DNA of 64,000 nucleotides from Octopus vulgaris (taxonomy: Eukaryota), in assembly GCA_951406725.2 (NCBI GenBank), contig OX597828.1:48670001-48734000 (forward strand), read 5' to 3'. Positions 60,557 through 64,000 of this stretch are shown here, one piece after another. Below the pieces are notes generated by a model, which saw only the letters and a program-made list of their open reading frames with translations, was not told where the DNA came from and did no database searches. A program made the translations under genes and the position numbers. Within the stretch, counting starts at the first letter, position 1; every line of letters begins with the position of its first letter.

Positions 60557-61321
60557 CTATGTATGTATGTACGTATTTATGTATGTACATATAAACATAT
60601 ATACATATATACATACACACATATATATATATACATATATATACACACACATGCATACATATATAAAAGTATGTATACGGACATATACATATGCAAATAG
60701 ATATGCAAGTATATATAAATGTACGCACACACACACACATGAGTATATATGTGTATGTGTCTATGTATGTATGTTTTCATGTTTGCATGTGTGTATGTAT
60801 ACATGTGAGTATATACGTGTATATATGTATGCATGTATGTAAGAAATGTATGTATCCATTCTACTTATCCAACTGTGTAAGAAATATGACTTGGAAATAT
60901 TAGCAGGAAGATTTCCAAAATATCCACCACCGTGAAGATTTTTGATTAGCTTGCACACTGTTATAATGAGAAAATAGAAACTTAACGAGAAACAATATCT
61001 TCGAACCAGGATAAAACCAACAAAACTAAGAGGGTAAAAACAAACAAAAAAAAAACATCTCTTGTGAAATCCACCTTTTTAGCAAAAAAAAAAAAAATGT
61101 ATCACTCAACATACTTAAGAAATTCCTGACATTCGTTTAGAGACAGTCTGACAGGCCATAAATATCACATGCTGTTTAATTAAAAATGAACACCTAAAGA
61201 AAGAAAAAACATAAATAGAAACAATTTGAAAGTTAGCTAAAGCTGCATGCCTAACATGAAAACTATGACAACAAAACATACATATACATATGCATACATG
61301 TGTGTGTGCGCGTGTGCGTAT

Positions 61322-61387
<66 letters not shown>

Positions 61388-61684
61388 GTGGATGTGTGTG
61401 CTCAATTAGGCAAGGTGGCGATAAGGATTGATGAGCGGCTGAATGTAAAGTGTGCTGATAAAACAACATGTCTGCTCTACCGCAAATGTTTCGCCAGAAA
61501 AGGTTTATTTATTTATTGATAATGTTATTTTCGTTTTATTATAAAACAAATTGTTTAACGATGGCGTTGCTGCTTGCAGATCTCTAACGGACCTATCACT
61601 GCTACGATGCATTTCCGGTAGTGAGTGACAAGGGAACGTCTAAATCATAAACACATATTCTAGCACATGTAACATATGCAAATA

Positions 61685-61765
<81 letters not shown>

Positions 61766-61864
61766 TATGTATACATATATATGTATACATATATACATAT
61801 ATATATATACATATATATATATATGTATGTATGTATTTATGTATGCACCCATACATGCATGTAC

Positions 61865-61932
<68 letters not shown>

Positions 61933-61974
61933 ATTTAACTGAATGCGACTCAGCCATTTCCAAGTATGTGGAAA

Positions 61975-62250
61975 TACGTAAACAACAGGAAAAAAAAGGC
62001 AAACCAGGACAATTAGGACAAGTAAATACAGAGAAAAGACCCTTCATGTGTTGTCGGCAGTCTATATACTCCATGTTTCGAGCATTCAACGACAAATTGA
62101 ATGTCGCTGAATGCTTGAAATGAGGAGTAGATAGATAGCTGACAACTGATGACGGGTCCTTTCTCTCTGTTTACTTGTCCTATTTTCCATTTTCTTCTTG
62201 TTGTTTACGCATTTCATGTTATTTGCACCGTTGGTGACGTCCTATACCCA
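61975..62250 (+). mobile_element. Inverted-repeat element related to 57893-58100; PLE-like terminal repeat
   Basis: Arms at about 62016-62095 and 62102-62181 are imperfect reverse complements and contain caaCTGATGA. The terminus gacgtcctataccca matches the reverse complement of tgggtacaggacatc at 57893. Confidence 0.5.
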
Positions 62251-62331
62251 TATATGCATATATGTGTGCGCGCACACACACACATATATATATATTATAT
62301 ATGTTATTTATTGTTTATTATTTAATTATAT

Positions 62332-62497
62332 ATATATTTATCAAAAGAAAAACAGGACGCAAAGGATTTTGCGGTACATATGTTTCTGGCTTTATTGAAC
62401 AATTTATATCAATGCATAATTGATATAACCTGTAGGTCAACAGCCTTCTTCAGACCGCAAAATCCTTTGCATCCTGTTTTTCTTTTGATAAATATAT
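62332..62497 (-). ncRNA. Hammerhead ribozyme motif with a very long helix I (about 43 bp) and long helix II
   Basis: Minus strand: arm ending gcggt, CTGAAGA (62453-62447), helix II containing ttatatcaat/attgatataa, GAAA (62386-62383), palindromic catatg, TA, then the complementary arm ccgcaaaatcc. Arms 62332-62375 and 62454-62497 differ at one position. Confidence 0.72.
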
Positions 62498-62546
62498 CCT
62501 AACACCTACACCACTAGCTGGCATATACAGGTGCTTACTGTTATAT

Positions 62547-62605
<59 letters not shown>

Positions 62606-62684
62606 GAGACATATATATATACATACATATATATATATACATACATATATATATACATATATATATATATGTGTGCGTGTGTGC

Positions 62685-62738
<54 letters not shown>

Positions 62739-62845
62739 ATGTGCGTATGTGTATGTATATGTTCTGCGTGGTACCTTGAACAAAAGTTCGGAGCGATCAA
62801 AGCCATCTGATGGACAAAAACAGAAAGAAGCCTGTCGTATATATA

Positions 62846-64000
62846 CGGCAAGCTCACAGACAAACTGAAGGATGGAATAATATGCCCTATCCATAAAGGA
62901 GGAAGTCGAGCAGATGCTAAAAATTATAGGCCTATCTCTCTGACCTCACACATGAGCAAAGTAATGGAATGAATAGTCCGCAAGAAACTAATTGCATTCC
63001 CTGACTTGCTGACTGACACCCAGCATGGATTTCGACCAGGTAGAAGCTGCCTAACACAGCTTTTGCAACATTACGATTGGGTATTTAAACAGCTGTTAAA
63101 TGACTCAAGTGTGAATGTGATATACCTCGACTTTGCAAAAGTCGACATTGTATGATATGTCACAAACTGCATGATCTAGGCAGTTGGAAAACTTGGAGAG
63201 TTGTTGCATGACTTTCTAAACGATAGACGTTAGGCAGTGGTGGCAAATAGAGCCACCTCAAAGGAAACACAAATAGCAAGTGGTTTTCCACAGGGCAGTG
63301 TCTTAGGGCCACTGCTATTCATAGTGGCCCCCTCAGACATGCCTTCAGCTGCTAAGATAGCCACCCTTGCTAGCTATGCAATTTTGTATCGTCTTTCAGA
63401 CAATACAAAATCCTGGAAATATTGCGGATCTGCAACGGGATTTGGACGCAAGATACAGGTGGGCTGAGGACATGCAGTTTAATGCAGGAAAATTCCATGC
63501 CCTGCGCTACCAGCACACAAAGCTGAACGTCATGCAGACTGCAATCCGTGAATCAAAATCAGTGCATGACCTGACAGTGCATTGACATGAGCAATGATGC
63601 ATCGTTCCATGTGCATATTACAAAATTGGTAATTACATGCAGACGGCTAGCTGCATGGATTCTTCGAACTTTCAAAACCTGAAAAAAGGAGACAATGATG
63701 GTCCTTTGGAGGGCATACATCTTCAGCCACTTAGACTAGTGTTCACAGCTATGGTCATCACGCAATATAAAATTAATGGAGGGACTCGAAGCACTCCAAC
63801 GAAGCTACACAAAAAAGTCGTCTCAATCCAATGTATCAGCTATTAGGAAACACTGAAAGAGTTAAAACTCTTCTCCCCAGAAGGAAGGCGGGAGAGATAT
63901 GCTGTGATATATACATCTGGAAAATCTTTGAAGGCATCGCACCAAACTTTGGCATTGAAAGTTACACAAACAGTAGAACGGGGCGCCACTGCATGGTGCC
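62846..64000 (+). mobile_element. Degenerate RT fragment of the same CR1/L2-group LINE family, running off the window end
   Basis: KLKDGIICPIHKGGSRADAKNYRPISLTSH, QHGFRPGRSC, GFPQGSVLGPLLF, MQFNAGKF are collinear with the 8.8-10.6 kb copy, with many stops and frameshifts. Confidence 0.9.

Overview
Eukaryotic, microsatellite-saturated genomic DNA. The (TA)n/(CA)n/(TATG)n/(TAGA)n load and the tRNA-derived SINE families suggest an octopus genome (inference). Nearly all ORFs in the track are microsatellite artefacts. The only host coding sequence I can support is two minus-strand exons (48094-47921 and 46544-46311) of an ADAMTS-like gene most similar to ADAMTSL1/3 (punctin/MADD-4), joined by a GC-AG intron, so much of the window is probably intronic. 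The rest is mobile DNA: a nearly intact CR1/L2-group LINE in a (TA)n array, several LINE remnants (CR1-like, R4/Dong-like, RTE-like), several SINE families, non-autonomous Helitrons, mariner, pogo and piggyBac-like MITEs, and a Penelope-like ORF remnant. The most striking signal is a set of short non-coding elements, mostly at (TA)n tracts and often arranged as palindromes or inverted repeats, that carry type I hammerhead ribozyme motifs (CUGANGA...GAAA...GUH, often with a palindromic helix III). They look like Penelope-derived, retrozyme-like elements of several families. All folds were read by eye; nothing was computed or searched.
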